From Actinomycetota bacterium (lineage in GTDB: Bacteria > Actinomycetota > Acidimicrobiia > Spongiisociales > ZC4RG35): a DNA stretch of 57,436 nt. The notes beneath the pieces were generated by a model. The model saw only the letters and a program-made list of their open reading frames with translations, was not told the DNA's origin and did not search any database. This document shows positions 1 to 9,529 of the stretch, piece by piece. The stretch lies in assembly GCA_034658975.1 (NCBI GenBank), contig JAYEGJ010000126.1:1-57436 (forward strand), in the 5' to 3' direction. Position numbers and translations under genes: made by a program. How positions within the stretch are numbered: position 1 is the first letter of the stretch; each line of letters opens with the position of its first letter.

Positions 1-324
1 GTAGGGATCGTCACGTTGAAACAGAAACGCGAACACACCGCCGTAGAAGAAGAAATCCACGACAATCCTCGCGAACCAGGCAAGCACTACTACCCATGTT
101 CGTTCCCGGCGAGTCAATCCAACCGGCGGACTCTCAGACGCCACCTCGGTTTCGATGCTAATTCTTCAGACACCACCCTCGTGTCGTGGGCCATTCAGCA
201 GGCCTTTGCTGAGGAGATGTTGACCGCCCCAACCGGCACCATCCTCGATTCGCGAGGGCGCATAAGAGCGCGTTATGTGCGGCTTGAGCCGAGGTGAGGG
301 TCCTGTGTCTAGGGTTGATCAAGA

Positions 325-531
325 ATGTCCACCTCAGAGACACCATCGGAGGCCGGCTGGTACGACGACCCCGACGGTCGCCGCGACCTGCAGCGCTACT
401 GGAACGGCGAGACTTGGAGTGGTGCGCCACGGAAGCGTCCACCGCAGCTGAAGTGGTCAGGCGTTCTGGTGATGTTTGTGGGAGGAGTGGTCCTTACTGC
501 CGTTGTCTGGTTGGTCTGGATCGCTCTCTAA
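325..531 (+). CDS. DUF2510-type small membrane protein
   Basis: 68-aa ORF. N-terminal GWYDDPDG...RYWNGETWSG motif is characteristic of DUF2510, followed by one hydrophobic C-terminal helix (VLVMFVGGVVLTAVVWLVWIAL). Confidence 0.7.
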   Translation: MSTSETPSEAGWYDDPDGRRDLQRYWNGETWSGAPRKRPPQLKWSGVLVMFVGGVVLTAVVWLVWIAL

Positions 532-876
532 CCCACGACGCCAGCAACATGAGAGTCACCAGCAGATGCTGAGATATCAGAGGCTGAATTCCTCGAATTG
601 AACTCCCGGCTTCTGAACCTCTTGCCAGAGTAGATCCGACGAGAGAGTCCCTATTGCCGTGGTTGATGGCAAGTAAGGAGACCCTCAAAGGTGCCGGCCC
701 GGTGACCGAGCCAGGAGATTGACCCGCAGATCTGAGCGGTACGACTGTTAGAGGCCAAGAGGTCAGAAGAGGGCGCTCATACTCAAGCAGTGGGTCCAGT
801 CAGAATCGAACCCTCAACCTTCAGGTTAGAAGCCCGTTTAGGCGCATCTCGCTGACCTGGGGCGAAGTCGAAACTC

Positions 877-1773
877 TTACTCGTCGGCGGCGTTCGCGGC
901 CTGACGTCCCCGGTCGTAGTCGGAGAGGGCCAACTTGATTTCCACAGCCGCCTCGCCAGCTTTGGTGTGCGACGCTTCCTCAGATGGCTCGTCGTAGTTC
1001 TCGCCGGGCACCCGGGTCTGCAGGGCTGAGGTCTGGCTCGGCTCTACAGGCTGCGGCTTCTTCGGGGCGGTCGGTCTCACCTCTTCTGTCGCAGGCTCGA
1101 CGGTGCCACCGCTCATGTCCCGGGAGCGTGGCGCCTCTCCGTCCATCAATGGTGCAAAGACACTCTGGAGGAAGGTTTCTGTGTCACTTTTCTCTGTCTC
1201 GGACCTGGCGACGCCACGCCCGGGCACCGATTCGTCACCGCCGTTCGATGCTGATGGCGGTGTTGCCGGCGCAGCAGCCCGAAGCAAAGAGTCATCTTCA
1301 TCACGAGCTTCCTCTTCTGCTTCGGGCGTGGCCATTGCTGGGACTTCGATGAGTCTCGTAGGAACCGAGACCCTCACTGTCACACCGGGTGCGCCAGGTA
1401 CCAGACGAACCTTGATTCCGTGCCGAGCAGCCAAGACGGCAACCAGATAGATCCCTGACGCCGACTCAGATCGATCCTCCAGCCCTTGGGGGTCGTCGAG
1501 AAGGCGGTTCAGGCCATCGAGCAACTGGTCTGACACTCCCGATCCGCTATCCGCAAGCGCGATCAGATAGCCATCGGGCTCGACCGAGCCGGTCACGCGC
1601 ACCTTCTCAACCTCAGCGGAGGACTCGGTCGCGTTGTGGACCAGTTCCGACACGATCGAGGCCAGTCCTGCGACTACCTCGTCACTGACAACAACAGGCT
1701 CGATGGCGCCAACAGCGAGGCGCTCACGATCGGTGCCGGCGAGGGCAATCTCGATCAGCGCGGCTATGTCCAC
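877..1773 (-). CDS. CvnA-like protein reduced to an HATPase_c module plus acidic tail (truncated conservon sensor-kinase paralog)
   Basis: 298-aa ORF with GTG start. It aligns by eye with the C-terminal third of the 3284..4777 product (SELVHNATESS vs AELMENATRFS; DSGSGV vs DRGVGV; GIYLVAVLAARHGIKVRLVPGAPG vs GIYVVSKLAARHGIDLELIPGIPG; tail LSDYDRGRQAA vs LAAYDQGRRAA). An in-frame TGA about 9 codons upstream of the GTG excludes a longer N-terminus. The start overlaps the GTPase gene stop. Confidence 0.6.
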   Translation of the reverse strand: MDIAALIEIALAGTDRERLAVGAIEPVVVSDEVVAGLASIVSELVHNATESSAEVEKVRVTGSVEPDGYLIALADSGSGVSDQLLDGLNRLLDDPQGLEDRSESASGIYLVAVLAARHGIKVRLVPGAPGVTVRVSVPTRLIEVPAMATPEAEEEARDEDDSLLRAAAPATPPSASNGGDESVPGRGVARSETEKSDTETFLQSVFAPLMDGEAPRSRDMSGGTVEPATEEVRPTAPKKPQPVEPSQTSALQTRVPGENYDEPSEEASHTKAGEAAVEIKLALSDYDRGRQAANAADE

Positions 1774-2513
1774 GACGGAGACCCTAGTTCTGGCTCGTCA
1801 GGCACCAGGGCCTTGTCAACAGGGTCACCTCCACCCTCGATTGGCCAGGATGCAGCCGGAGAACGACCTTCGAGTTTCCGCAGGGGGACCCGATCGGGCT
1901 GGGACGGTTCAACGCGTGTGTCGACGCCTGAAGGCTCTGCCGACGTGTCCCTGGCCTTGCGCAAAGCATGTTCGGCAACCGCGACGAGCACCTTCTGCGC
2001 GTCGAAGCGCACGCGCGCGTCGCAATACATGACCGGGACCTCGGATCGGAGACTCAAGGCGGCACGGACTTCCTCGAGGTCATGGAGCCGCACGCCATCG
2101 AATGTGTTGACGGCCACGACGAATGGCGTTCCACGCTTCTCGAAGAAGTCGATGGCGCCAAAGCAGTCCTCGATGCGGCGGGTGTCGACGAGGACCACTG
2201 CCCCGATCGCCCCTCGGGCCAGCTCATTCCACATGAAATGGAATCGTTCCTGGCCGGGAGTCCCGAACAGATAGAGGACAAGGCCGTTGTTGAGGCTGAT
2301 CCGGCCAAAGTCCATTGCCACGGTCGTCCTGGTCTTGTTCGAGTTGGCCAGCAGTTCGTCCACTGTTGCACCGGCTTCGGTCATGACCGCCTCGCTGCGA
2401 AGCGGCTCGATCTCAGAGATCGCGCCGACGAACGTGGTCTTGCCGACGCCAAAGCCGCCGGCGACGACGATCTTGACGGGGATTAGTAGCGCGTTAGATA
2501 GATTTGATTCCAT
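1764..2513 (-). CDS. cvnD: Conservon small GTPase (CvnD-type ATP/GTP-binding protein)
   Basis: P-loop GGFGVGKTT, G3 FGTPGQERF, AVNTFD. The 344-aa ORF was trimmed to the ATG at 2513 (MESNLSN...) because the upstream 95 codons are R/S/P-rich and overlap the DUF742 gene out of frame. There is a 20-nt overlap with the upstream gene and an unusually long C-terminal tail. Confidence 0.85.
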   Translation of the reverse strand: MESNLSNALLIPVKIVVAGGFGVGKTTFVGAISEIEPLRSEAVMTEAGATVDELLANSNKTRTTVAMDFGRISLNNGLVLYLFGTPGQERFHFMWNELARGAIGAVVLVDTRRIEDCFGAIDFFEKRGTPFVVAVNTFDGVRLHDLEEVRAALSLRSEVPVMYCDARVRFDAQKVLVAVAEHALRKARDTSAEPSGVDTRVEPSQPDRVPLRKLEGRSPAASWPIEGGGDPVDKALVPDEPELGSPSWT

Positions 2514-2871
2514 CCAGCACCCTCTGAAGAAGATCGGCGTATCTCTCGCCGCCTTCTGCTGCGACCTCAGACGCGGGATTGGCGATTGCCACCGCGCCCA
2601 CCTCTGCCAGATCGCCGACGAGAACTCGAACGACGCCGATGGGAACCTCGAGGATGGCGGCGAGTTCGATGATGGCCGTCGGGGTCTCCGTCTTGTTGAC
2701 GATGGCGGCGGCCTCCCACCGGAGCTGGCCGCCCATCCGCATGCCGAAACTCGTGGCCATGACGTGGGCCTCCAGAGCGATCTCGGGGAACTCCGCACCG
2801 GTGCGCCCGCCCGTCATCGCATAGGGACGCACGAGGCGGCCGCTCCGACTGGATCCGGACACGTCTCTCAC
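2494..2871 (-). CDS. cvnC: DUF742 protein (CvnC-type)
   Basis: 125 aa. RPYAMTGGRTG motif and HTH-like C-terminus (ELAAILEVPIGVVRVLVGDL) are typical of DUF742. It has a 4-nt overlap with the roadblock gene. Confidence 0.8.
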   Translation of the reverse strand: MRDVSGSSRSGRLVRPYAMTGGRTGAEFPEIALEAHVMATSFGMRMGGQLRWEAAAIVNKTETPTAIIELAAILEVPIGVVRVLVGDLAEVGAVAIANPASEVAAEGGERYADLLQRVLDGIKSI

Positions 2872-3287
2872 ACGGCATCAACGAGCCGGGTCTTGAGCTC
2901 GTTGCGCACATCAGGGGTCAGGCTCTCTCCGACCCGCTGGACGAAGATCGACATCTCGAAGGCGATGGTGGCCATGTCAACGTCCTTGTCGGCCAGACAA
3001 CTGATGAGTGAGCCTCCTCTGATCCCGGTGATGAAAAGCCATCTGTGCTCCATCTCGACGATGACGTTGGACACCGCACCGGCGTCGAATTGACCTGCGG
3101 AGCCGTAGGCGAGTCCGATCATCCCCGACGAGACCGCGGCGAGACGATCTGCTGCCTCCCTACCGAGATCATCGGAGCCGGCAAGCGGGAGTCCGTCTGA
3201 TGACACGACCACGGCCTGCCTGATCGCCGGGACGGTCTCACAGAGCCTCTGGATCAACCAGTCGAGATTGTTGGCGGCCTCACTCAC
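2868..3287 (-). CDS. cvnB: Roadblock/LC7 (MglB-like) protein (CvnB-type)
   Basis: 139 aa. AVVVSSDGLPLA ... SGMIGLAYGSAGQF pattern of Roadblock/LC7, with a 4-nt overlap with cvnA. Confidence 0.85.
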   Translation of the reverse strand: MSEAANNLDWLIQRLCETVPAIRQAVVVSSDGLPLAGSDDLGREAADRLAAVSSGMIGLAYGSAGQFDAGAVSNVIVEMEHRWLFITGIRGGSLISCLADKDVDMATIAFEMSIFVQRVGESLTPDVRNELKTRLVDAV

Positions 3288-4777
3288 GAGATTCCCTCCT
3301 CTGTGCCGGACTCGTCCTCGGCCTCGACGGCCCCTTGGGCGGGGCCCGCGGCTCGTCTTCCTTGGTCATACGCCGCCAAGGCGCTCTTGATCCCTATGGC
3401 GCTCTCTCCCTCTACGACCGAGCGTTGCGACATGGACCCTTCGTCGAGGGTCTGCCCGGGTGAGCGCACCGGGAGGCTGCCCGTCATGGAGGTTTCGGTG
3501 AGATCGATCACGTGATCGGCCTTCTCGGCGACTGCCTGGCGTTCCGGTCGAGGGTCAGACTCAGCAGGCTTGGAGAACTCCCTGTGGATGGGCGGGGCGG
3601 TGAGGCTCGCTTCCAGGAGATGGCGTGGGATGGTCACGCGAGCGATAAGGCCCGGAATCCCGGGGATGAGCTCGAGATCGATACCGTGACGCGCCGCCAG
3701 CTTCGAGACGACATAGATTCCCATCGTCGGCTCCAACGCCAGCCCCAAGGCAGGTGGGTTGCGAAGGGTCCTGTTGAGCTGTTCGACCTTCTCATTGGTC
3801 ACGCCGACGCCCCGGTCGGTGATCGACAGCTGATATCCGTCCAGGTCAAAAACGGTGCTGACCTTCACCGGCTCGCTTGGGGGCGAAAACCGGGTGGCGT
3901 TCTCCATCAACTCGGCAAGAAGGTGGGCGACATCCGCGACCGCGCCACCGGCCAGTAGTGCAGGCTCGAGGGTGACGATCTCGATCCGCTGGTATTCGTC
4001 GATCTCGCTCACCGCGGCCCGCACCACATCGGCCATCTCCATCGACCTGGCCCAGACCCGCGGCGGTGGTTCCCCGGCCAACACCAGAAGACTCTCGGCA
4101 TTACGACGCATCCGGGTGGCGAGATGGTCGAGCGTGAAATAGGTACCGAGAATCTCCGGGTCGTCCTCCTGGGATTCGAGGTCATCGAGATGACCGAGTT
4201 GACGATCGATCAGCGACGCGTTTCGCCGGGCGAGGGTGACGATGAGGCTCGACACGCCCCCTTTGAGGGTTTCCATTTGTCTCGATGCCACCTCGCCGAG
4301 AGAAGAGTGGAGCCCCTCGAGGGACTTGGCCAGGTCAGCCAACTCGATGGGACCGTCAGTGTTGAGCTCCAACGGAGTCATCGTTGCCTTGGACGGATCG
4401 GGCATGGCAAGCGCGTCGACGAGCTCGGTGAGGTCCTGGTCGGCCACCCTCTGCGCGGCCTTGGTCACTTCTTCGACGCGGTTGACGAGAATGCCGGCCG
4501 TCCTGCGAATGACCATCAGCGATCGAATCGTCACGGCCAGCACCACCAGCCCGATGAGAATCGCTGCGATTTCCGCGATCGAGAAGCCGGAAGTCCCGTC
4601 CGAGATGACCAGGTAGTAGACCAGGAGACCACCAACTACCAGGCTCAACACGATCAGCGGCACGACCGCGAGTGTCAGCATCGATTGAATCTGCGAGCCC
4701 GACGCCCGAGATTCCCGTTTGTGGCGTGCCCCTTTGCTGGATGTCATCGCAAGCGACGATAACCAGGGAAGTGCCAT
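3284..4777 (-). CDS. cvnA: Conservon sensor histidine-kinase-like membrane protein (CvnA-type)
   Basis: 497 aa. Two N-terminal TM helices, a HAMP/coiled-coil-like linker and a C-terminal HATPase_c (ELMENATRFS, DRGVGV, GIYVVSKLAARHG). The true start may be the internal ATG near 4747. Confidence 0.85.
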   Translation of the reverse strand: MALPWLSSLAMTSSKGARHKRESRASGSQIQSMLTLAVVPLIVLSLVVGGLLVYYLVISDGTSGFSIAEIAAILIGLVVLAVTIRSLMVIRRTAGILVNRVEEVTKAAQRVADQDLTELVDALAMPDPSKATMTPLELNTDGPIELADLAKSLEGLHSSLGEVASRQMETLKGGVSSLIVTLARRNASLIDRQLGHLDDLESQEDDPEILGTYFTLDHLATRMRRNAESLLVLAGEPPPRVWARSMEMADVVRAAVSEIDEYQRIEIVTLEPALLAGGAVADVAHLLAELMENATRFSPPSEPVKVSTVFDLDGYQLSITDRGVGVTNEKVEQLNRTLRNPPALGLALEPTMGIYVVSKLAARHGIDLELIPGIPGLIARVTIPRHLLEASLTAPPIHREFSKPAESDPRPERQAVAEKADHVIDLTETSMTGSLPVRSPGQTLDEGSMSQRSVVEGESAIGIKSALAAYDQGRRAAGPAQGAVEAEDESGTEEGIS

Positions 4778-5097
4778 CTTCTGTTGATCATTGCTGGCCT
4801 TCTATGCCCTGCCGGACGGTGATTGGAGGCCCCACCATTGAGCAAAATGGAGGCTGGAAGACGAACTAAACCAACAATCCCCTATCCGGGTACCGCCGAC
4901 CTGGCGTTCATGCCTGCTTCAGGAAGCGGACCGGCATGTTGAGATAGCCTTCGAGACCGGGGTGCTTGGCTCCGTCTTTCTGGTCCCTTTTTGGGCCTGG
5001 CGTCTTCGGATCGGTCGGATAGACTTCTTGTAGCTGATGCGTCTCCTCTGGGAGCTTTCGGCGACCCGGTGGGCTGGGTGGTTGAAGGAGAACAGAG

Positions 5098-5322
5098 ATG
5101 CCACGAAGACGCAGCGGCGTTGTGGTCGGCAAAGACTTCAAGCCGCCCAATGGTTCGCCATACGCTGACTGGTGCTATCTGGTAGTCGATCTCTCTGATC
5201 AGGAGTTGATCTCAGTCCGGATCACCAAAAACCATGTCGAGAAAACGGTATTGGGCGATCGAGTCGAGTTCACACAACCACGTAAGCCAGACAAGGCGGT
5301 TCGCTGGTTGAGACACGTCTGA
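5098..5322 (+). CDS. Hypothetical small protein (74 aa)
   Basis: ATG preceded by GAAGGAG about 7 nt upstream. No family recognised. Confidence 0.4.
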   Translation: MPRRRSGVVVGKDFKPPNGSPYADWCYLVVDLSDQELISVRITKNHVEKTVLGDRVEFTQPRKPDKAVRWLRHV

Positions 5323-5464
5323 AGGCTACGACCTCATCCATTCCCGCTCAGGGTCAATACTCGCGCCTGTCGTCATCGTCGGAGCCAGGGGCCGAGCACT
5401 TTGCGCCGACGGTCTTGGCGAGGGTGGAGTAGGTTCACTGTTCTTCCAAGTGAGGAGCAGAACC

Positions 5465-5851
5465 ATGGGAGACCACCCCAATGCCGCAACCTTCCGCCAA
5501 CTGATTGCCGCCTTCAACAACCAGGACATGGAGTCCGCCGCCGGCCTAATCGATGCCGATGTTGTCTGGCATGCGATCGGAATGGAGGAGCCGATGCGTG
5601 GCGCCAGCGCTCTCACCGAGAGCGCAATGGCCTTCCCTCAGGGACTCGACGTCGTCGCCGAGATTCATGATGTTGTGGCCAACGACGACCACGTTGTGGG
5701 TCTGGTGAAGGCAACCGCCACGGAGGGAGATCAGACCTTTGAGTACAAAACGGCCGAGATTCTCCATTTCAAGGATGGGAAGGTCAGTGAGAGGTGGGCG
5801 TTCTCAGACGACACAGCCCGCATCAACGAGTTCTTCTCCCAGTTCGGGTAG
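5465..5851 (+). CDS. SnoaL/NTF2-like fold protein
   Basis: Trimmed to the ATG at 5465, which is preceded by GAGGAG. The pattern FRQLIAAFNNQD...ADVVWH...HFKDGKVSERWAF is typical of SnoaL-like/ketosteroid-isomerase-like proteins. Confidence 0.75.
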   Translation: MGDHPNAATFRQLIAAFNNQDMESAAGLIDADVVWHAIGMEEPMRGASALTESAMAFPQGLDVVAEIHDVVANDDHVVGLVKATATEGDQTFEYKTAEILHFKDGKVSERWAFSDDTARINEFFSQFG

Positions 5852-5914
5852 CAACCTCCAATTCAAACTCGCCCGACGCATCGGCAAGTAGAGCCATGTC
5901 GGTATCCTGAGTCG

Positions 5915-6559
5915 ATGTCTGACTGCTGCAATCCGTCCGGGTACCGGCACTTCTTCAACCAGAAGGAGGCTCGGCGCAACCTGGCCCACTACGACAAGAA
6001 GGGCCTGGACAAGACCGCCCGACGGATGGTCGACTATCTGGCGTCCCGCGGGGTTGAAGGGCGATCCGTGCTCGAAGTCGGTGGAGGGATCGGGGCTCTC
6101 CACGTCGAGTTGCTCAAGGCGGGGGCAGCTGACGCTGTCAACGTGGAGCTCTCCGGCGGCTACGAGGACGTGGCCGCAGAGCTGCTGGAGCGTGAGGGTT
6201 TGGGAGAGCGGGTCGAAAGGCATCTCGGGGATTTCACAGAACTCGCCGCTGGCCTTGAGGCGGACGACGTCGTCATGAACCGTGTCATCTGCTGCTACCC
6301 GAACATGGAGCGACTGATGGGGGCAGCCCTTTCCAGTAGCCGCCGCTTCGTCGCAGCCACTTTTCCTCGAGACCGGGCAGGAGCCCGGATCGGTCTATCC
6401 CTTGGTAACGCCTACTGCTGGGTTCGCAAGATCGATTTCAGAGCGTTCGTGCACCCACCGGATGCCATCCGGGAAACCGCCCGCAAGGCCGGATTCAAGG
6501 TCGCATTCCGCGACCAGGACTTCATCTGGCAAGGGGTCGTCTTCGAAAAGGCCTCCTGA
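5915..6559 (+). CDS. Class I SAM-dependent methyltransferase
   Basis: 214 aa. Motif I VLEVGGGIGAL, with an acidic residue after beta-2 (NVELS). The N-terminus is Cys-rich (MSDCCNPSGY). Confidence 0.8.
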   Translation: MSDCCNPSGYRHFFNQKEARRNLAHYDKKGLDKTARRMVDYLASRGVEGRSVLEVGGGIGALHVELLKAGAADAVNVELSGGYEDVAAELLEREGLGERVERHLGDFTELAAGLEADDVVMNRVICCYPNMERLMGAALSSSRRFVAATFPRDRAGARIGLSLGNAYCWVRKIDFRAFVHPPDAIRETARKAGFKVAFRDQDFIWQGVVFEKAS

Positions 6560-6583
6560 CCCACCAAAGCCGACGCAGACCCT

Positions 6584-7620
6584 TTAGGGCTGCTCGTCCT
6601 GGAGACCCGCAGCCGCTGAGGACTTGATGTGGTCGGATGAGATCGAGACCGGGGGTACTTCCGCCTGAGTCTGGTTCCACTCTCGGTTGTGGTGAGCCGC
6701 CAGTCGATGAAGGTGGTAAGCGGCCCGCCCGGGAACGGAATCGGCTGGCGCACCATGATTCGCTCAAATGGAGTCCACTCCAGAACAAGGTGAGGGGTGA
6801 CGTTCTTACCGTGATAGCACTGGAACGTACTGCCCGGACCGATTCTGCCGGCCTTGCGGTCGATTATCTCCTGGCGGTCAGATCTGAACAGGATCTTTCG
6901 AAACTCCGGTTGACTCAGGTAGTCCCATACCAGCTCTCGGGGCATGGAGATCTCCGTCGATAGGATTCCGAGTTCGTCTTCCGCGGTGTAGATGAACTTC
7001 TTGACATCCCGTTTGGCCTCATAGACAGGGTGCATGTCCTTGATGGATACGGCAACCGCCCCAAAGTCAGGGACCGTCTCGGTGTGATCCACCATCTCTG
7101 AGGAGGTCGTGTCGAGTTTGAGAGCCTCGGTGGCAGCCTCCGTGCACAGAACGTAGGCGCGGATACCCGTTTCGGATGTCACCCAGTTCTTGAGGAGTCT
7201 GTGGATCAGGTTGATGTCACTGCCCAGCAGTTGGTTGAAGCCACCGACCGGCTGGACCACCAATGTCCCATGGTGGACGAAGAACTTGAGGTCGAGCGAC
7301 GAGACATTGGCAGATGCGTTGCAGCGGCAGGTGTTGTTGAGAACCATCAGCTCAATAGCCCTGCGGAATGCGACGTAGGTGTCCTCGATGCTCTCCAGGA
7401 AGGTTTAGCCACCGATGAAACCGTCGTCGAAACCGTAACTCATCACCGCGTCGCCTTCGAGTTGAGAGACCACGAGAGGGGCACGAACGTGTTCCACCAA
7501 CAATTCGAGCAGGTCGGTCAACGTCCCCTGTGCATGCTCGATCTCGGATGCACCCAGATATGACGTGTAGCCGGTGATGTCGGCGATGAGGAGGAAGCCA
7601 CGGTGTTCCACTGCTCTCAA
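6584..7620 (-). pseudogene. DUF2652 (cyclase-fold) + SRPBCC-type gene interrupted by an in-frame TAA, with a probable 3' frameshift
   Basis: ORFs 7405..7620 and 6412..7347 are in the same frame and are separated only by TAA at 7405-7407. Read-through gives ...GFDDGFIGG*TFLESIEDTYVAFRR...DLKFFVHHG..., the continuous DUF2652 pattern. The last ~75 codons of the long ORF are R/S/P-rich and antisense to the methyltransferase gene. Another frame stops at 6584-6586. Confidence 0.6.
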
Positions 7621-7708
7621 CCCTATCGGGGCATGAGTTGCCCAAACGGCGACCTTCTCAGCATCGAATTAGCGGCCTCGCTGTTGTCGCACAGCAACGG
7701 GCATTGGG

Positions 7709-9460
7709 TCAGGTCGCGGGATCCTCGTCGTGTTTCTTCAGGTCCCTCTTCCGCTTCTTGACGGCGCTGATCGTGTTGGCATGGAAGTTCTCGTCGCCGA
7801 TTCGCTCGTAGAGCCCATAGGTCTTGAGCCGGTCTTTCACCGGTCCCTTGAGACCGGCGAAGGCGAAGGCGATGCCACGCTTATCGAGGTCATGGAGTAC
7901 GTCTCCGAGGATCTCGGCGCCGGTCGTGTCGATGTCGGTGATGGCGTTGCCCACCACGAGAACGGTGTCGATGTCCCGGTCGGCGGATCGCAAACGCTCC
8001 TGGAGGCGGCGGCCGAACGTCGGAGCGTTGGCGAAGAACAGCGGAGCGTCGAACCGCAGCATCAGGAGGCCGGGGATGACCTTCGCCGACGGGTGGCGCT
8101 CGATGTCGTGGTATCCGGGCACCCCCTCGACCTTGCCCAACTCGGTGCTGTGTGGCCACCAGGCCTTCCTCACGAAGTTCCCGATCGACAACAGGATCGC
8201 GATGACTATGCCCTCCAGGATTCCTACGAGGACTACCCCCAGGAAAGCTCCCAAAGACATCAGAAACTCGGATCTCCGGATCTTGAGGAGCCACATCGTT
8301 CCGCCCCAGTCGAAGAGGGTGAACGAGGCCGTGATCACGATGGCTGCCAGTGTCGGCGACGGCATCTCCGCAATGATCCCCGGTGCCAGGAGGATGATGA
8401 GAATGACCCCGGCCGCCGCGATCAGCCCCGTCATTTGAGTCTTGGAACCGACCGCCATGGCGACGGCAGTTCGTGATGAGCTGGCGCTGGTCGGGAAACC
8501 CTGGAACATCCCCGACAGCAGGTTCGCCGAGCCAAGAGCCTTGATCTCGCTGTTCGGATCCACCCGGGTGCCCGACTTGAGCGCTGTTGCGGTCGACAGA
8601 GCTCCGGTGTCCGCGAAAGAGACGAGAGCCACGGCGACGGCTCCTCCAATGAGGGTTGGCAACAGGCTGGCGTCAAAAGTGGGAATGGTGAGTGGCGGCA
8701 GACCGGACGGGATGTCTCCGACCACCTGGACGCCTCTGTCGATGAGATCGAACAGGGCGACGGCCACTATGGAACCGACCGCGGCGACGACCACGCCGGG
8801 AATCGTCCTGCTTATCCGCCTGAGTCCCACGATCGTGAGCACGCTCCCGGCTGACAACGCCAGCGCTGCCCCCACCGTCTCCCCGTCGAACACGCCCCCG
8901 AGGACCGCCAGGAAGGTCTCGACACTCGAGCCCGCGTCCACGGAAAAGCCAAGAGCCTTTGGGAGCTGTGAGACGAGAACGATCACGGCGATCCCGTTGA
9001 GATATCCGATCCGGATCGGCTTGGAGAGAAGTTCGGTTATCACTCCTAAGCGGAGGTATCCAGCAGCAATGCAAACCAGTCCGGCGATAATGCTCAGTGC
9101 CGAGGCGAGGATGACGGCCGTCGCGGCGTCCCCCGCAGCCAGCGGAAGGATCACGACGGCGATAACCGGCGCCAGGGAGGAATCGGGTCCCAGCACCAGC
9201 TGCCGGTTGGGGCCGAGCAGCGCATAGGCGATGAGGGCCGCGATCGTTGTGTAGATCCCCGTCACCGCTGGAAGACCGGTCAACTCGGCGTAGGCCATGC
9301 CCTGGGGGATGAGCATCGTCGCCAGGACCAGTCCGGCAACGACGTCGTAACGGACGTAGTCGCGGCGGTAGCTGCGAACCATCCGCACCACCGGGATTCG
9401 GTCCAATACGGAAGGAGGCGCGGTCAAGAAGTCTCTTCCATGGGCGTACCAGTAAACCAC
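7709..9460 (-). CDS. SulP-family anion (sulfate/bicarbonate) transporter with C-terminal STAS domain
   Basis: 583 aa. Many TM segments (GLVLATMLIPQGMAYAELTGLP...) and a STAS-like C-terminus (LMLRFDAPLFFANA...VVGNAITDIDTTGAEIL). The start is uncertain. Confidence 0.9.
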   Translation of the reverse strand: MVYWYAHGRDFLTAPPSVLDRIPVVRMVRSYRRDYVRYDVVAGLVLATMLIPQGMAYAELTGLPAVTGIYTTIAALIAYALLGPNRQLVLGPDSSLAPVIAVVILPLAAGDAATAVILASALSIIAGLVCIAAGYLRLGVITELLSKPIRIGYLNGIAVIVLVSQLPKALGFSVDAGSSVETFLAVLGGVFDGETVGAALALSAGSVLTIVGLRRISRTIPGVVVAAVGSIVAVALFDLIDRGVQVVGDIPSGLPPLTIPTFDASLLPTLIGGAVAVALVSFADTGALSTATALKSGTRVDPNSEIKALGSANLLSGMFQGFPTSASSSRTAVAMAVGSKTQMTGLIAAAGVILIILLAPGIIAEMPSPTLAAIVITASFTLFDWGGTMWLLKIRRSEFLMSLGAFLGVVLVGILEGIVIAILLSIGNFVRKAWWPHSTELGKVEGVPGYHDIERHPSAKVIPGLLMLRFDAPLFFANAPTFGRRLQERLRSADRDIDTVLVVGNAITDIDTTGAEILGDVLHDLDKRGIAFAFAGLKGPVKDRLKTYGLYERIGDENFHANTISAVKKRKRDLKKHDEDPAT

Positions 9461-9529
9461 TCTGGAGTACCCGGTAACGAGTATCAGGTACCAGGACGAT
9501 GAAAAGCCCCCTCCCCGGCTGGAATCGGG

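Noticed and set aside
1-297. ORF 16..297 (+), and a possible partial minus-strand membrane-protein start (TTG at 117, ...WVVVLAWFARIVVDFFFYGGVFAFLF...) running off the left edge
   Set aside because: The plus ORF has no motifs or RBS. The minus fragment is only about 39 codons with an uncertain TTG start. That is too little evidence to call either.
788-866. tRNA-like fragment on the minus strand (GGTTCGATTC T-loop-like string, 8-bp closing stem CCAGGTCAG/CTGACTGG)
   Set aside because: I could not fold a cloverleaf. The T stem has mismatches, and there is no 7-nt anticodon loop, no D arm and no CCA. At best it is a decayed tRNA or att remnant and needs tRNAscan or Infernal to decide.
2514-2798. 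95-codon N-terminal extension of the GTPase ORF
   Set aside because: It overlaps the DUF742 gene out of frame with R/S/P-rich composition. The P-loop GTPase begins right after the ATG at 2513.
6412-6583. 3' end of the 311-aa ORF, overlapping the methyltransferase gene antisense
   Set aside because: The composition looks like an off-frame read, and the real reading frame probably ends at 6584 after a frameshift.
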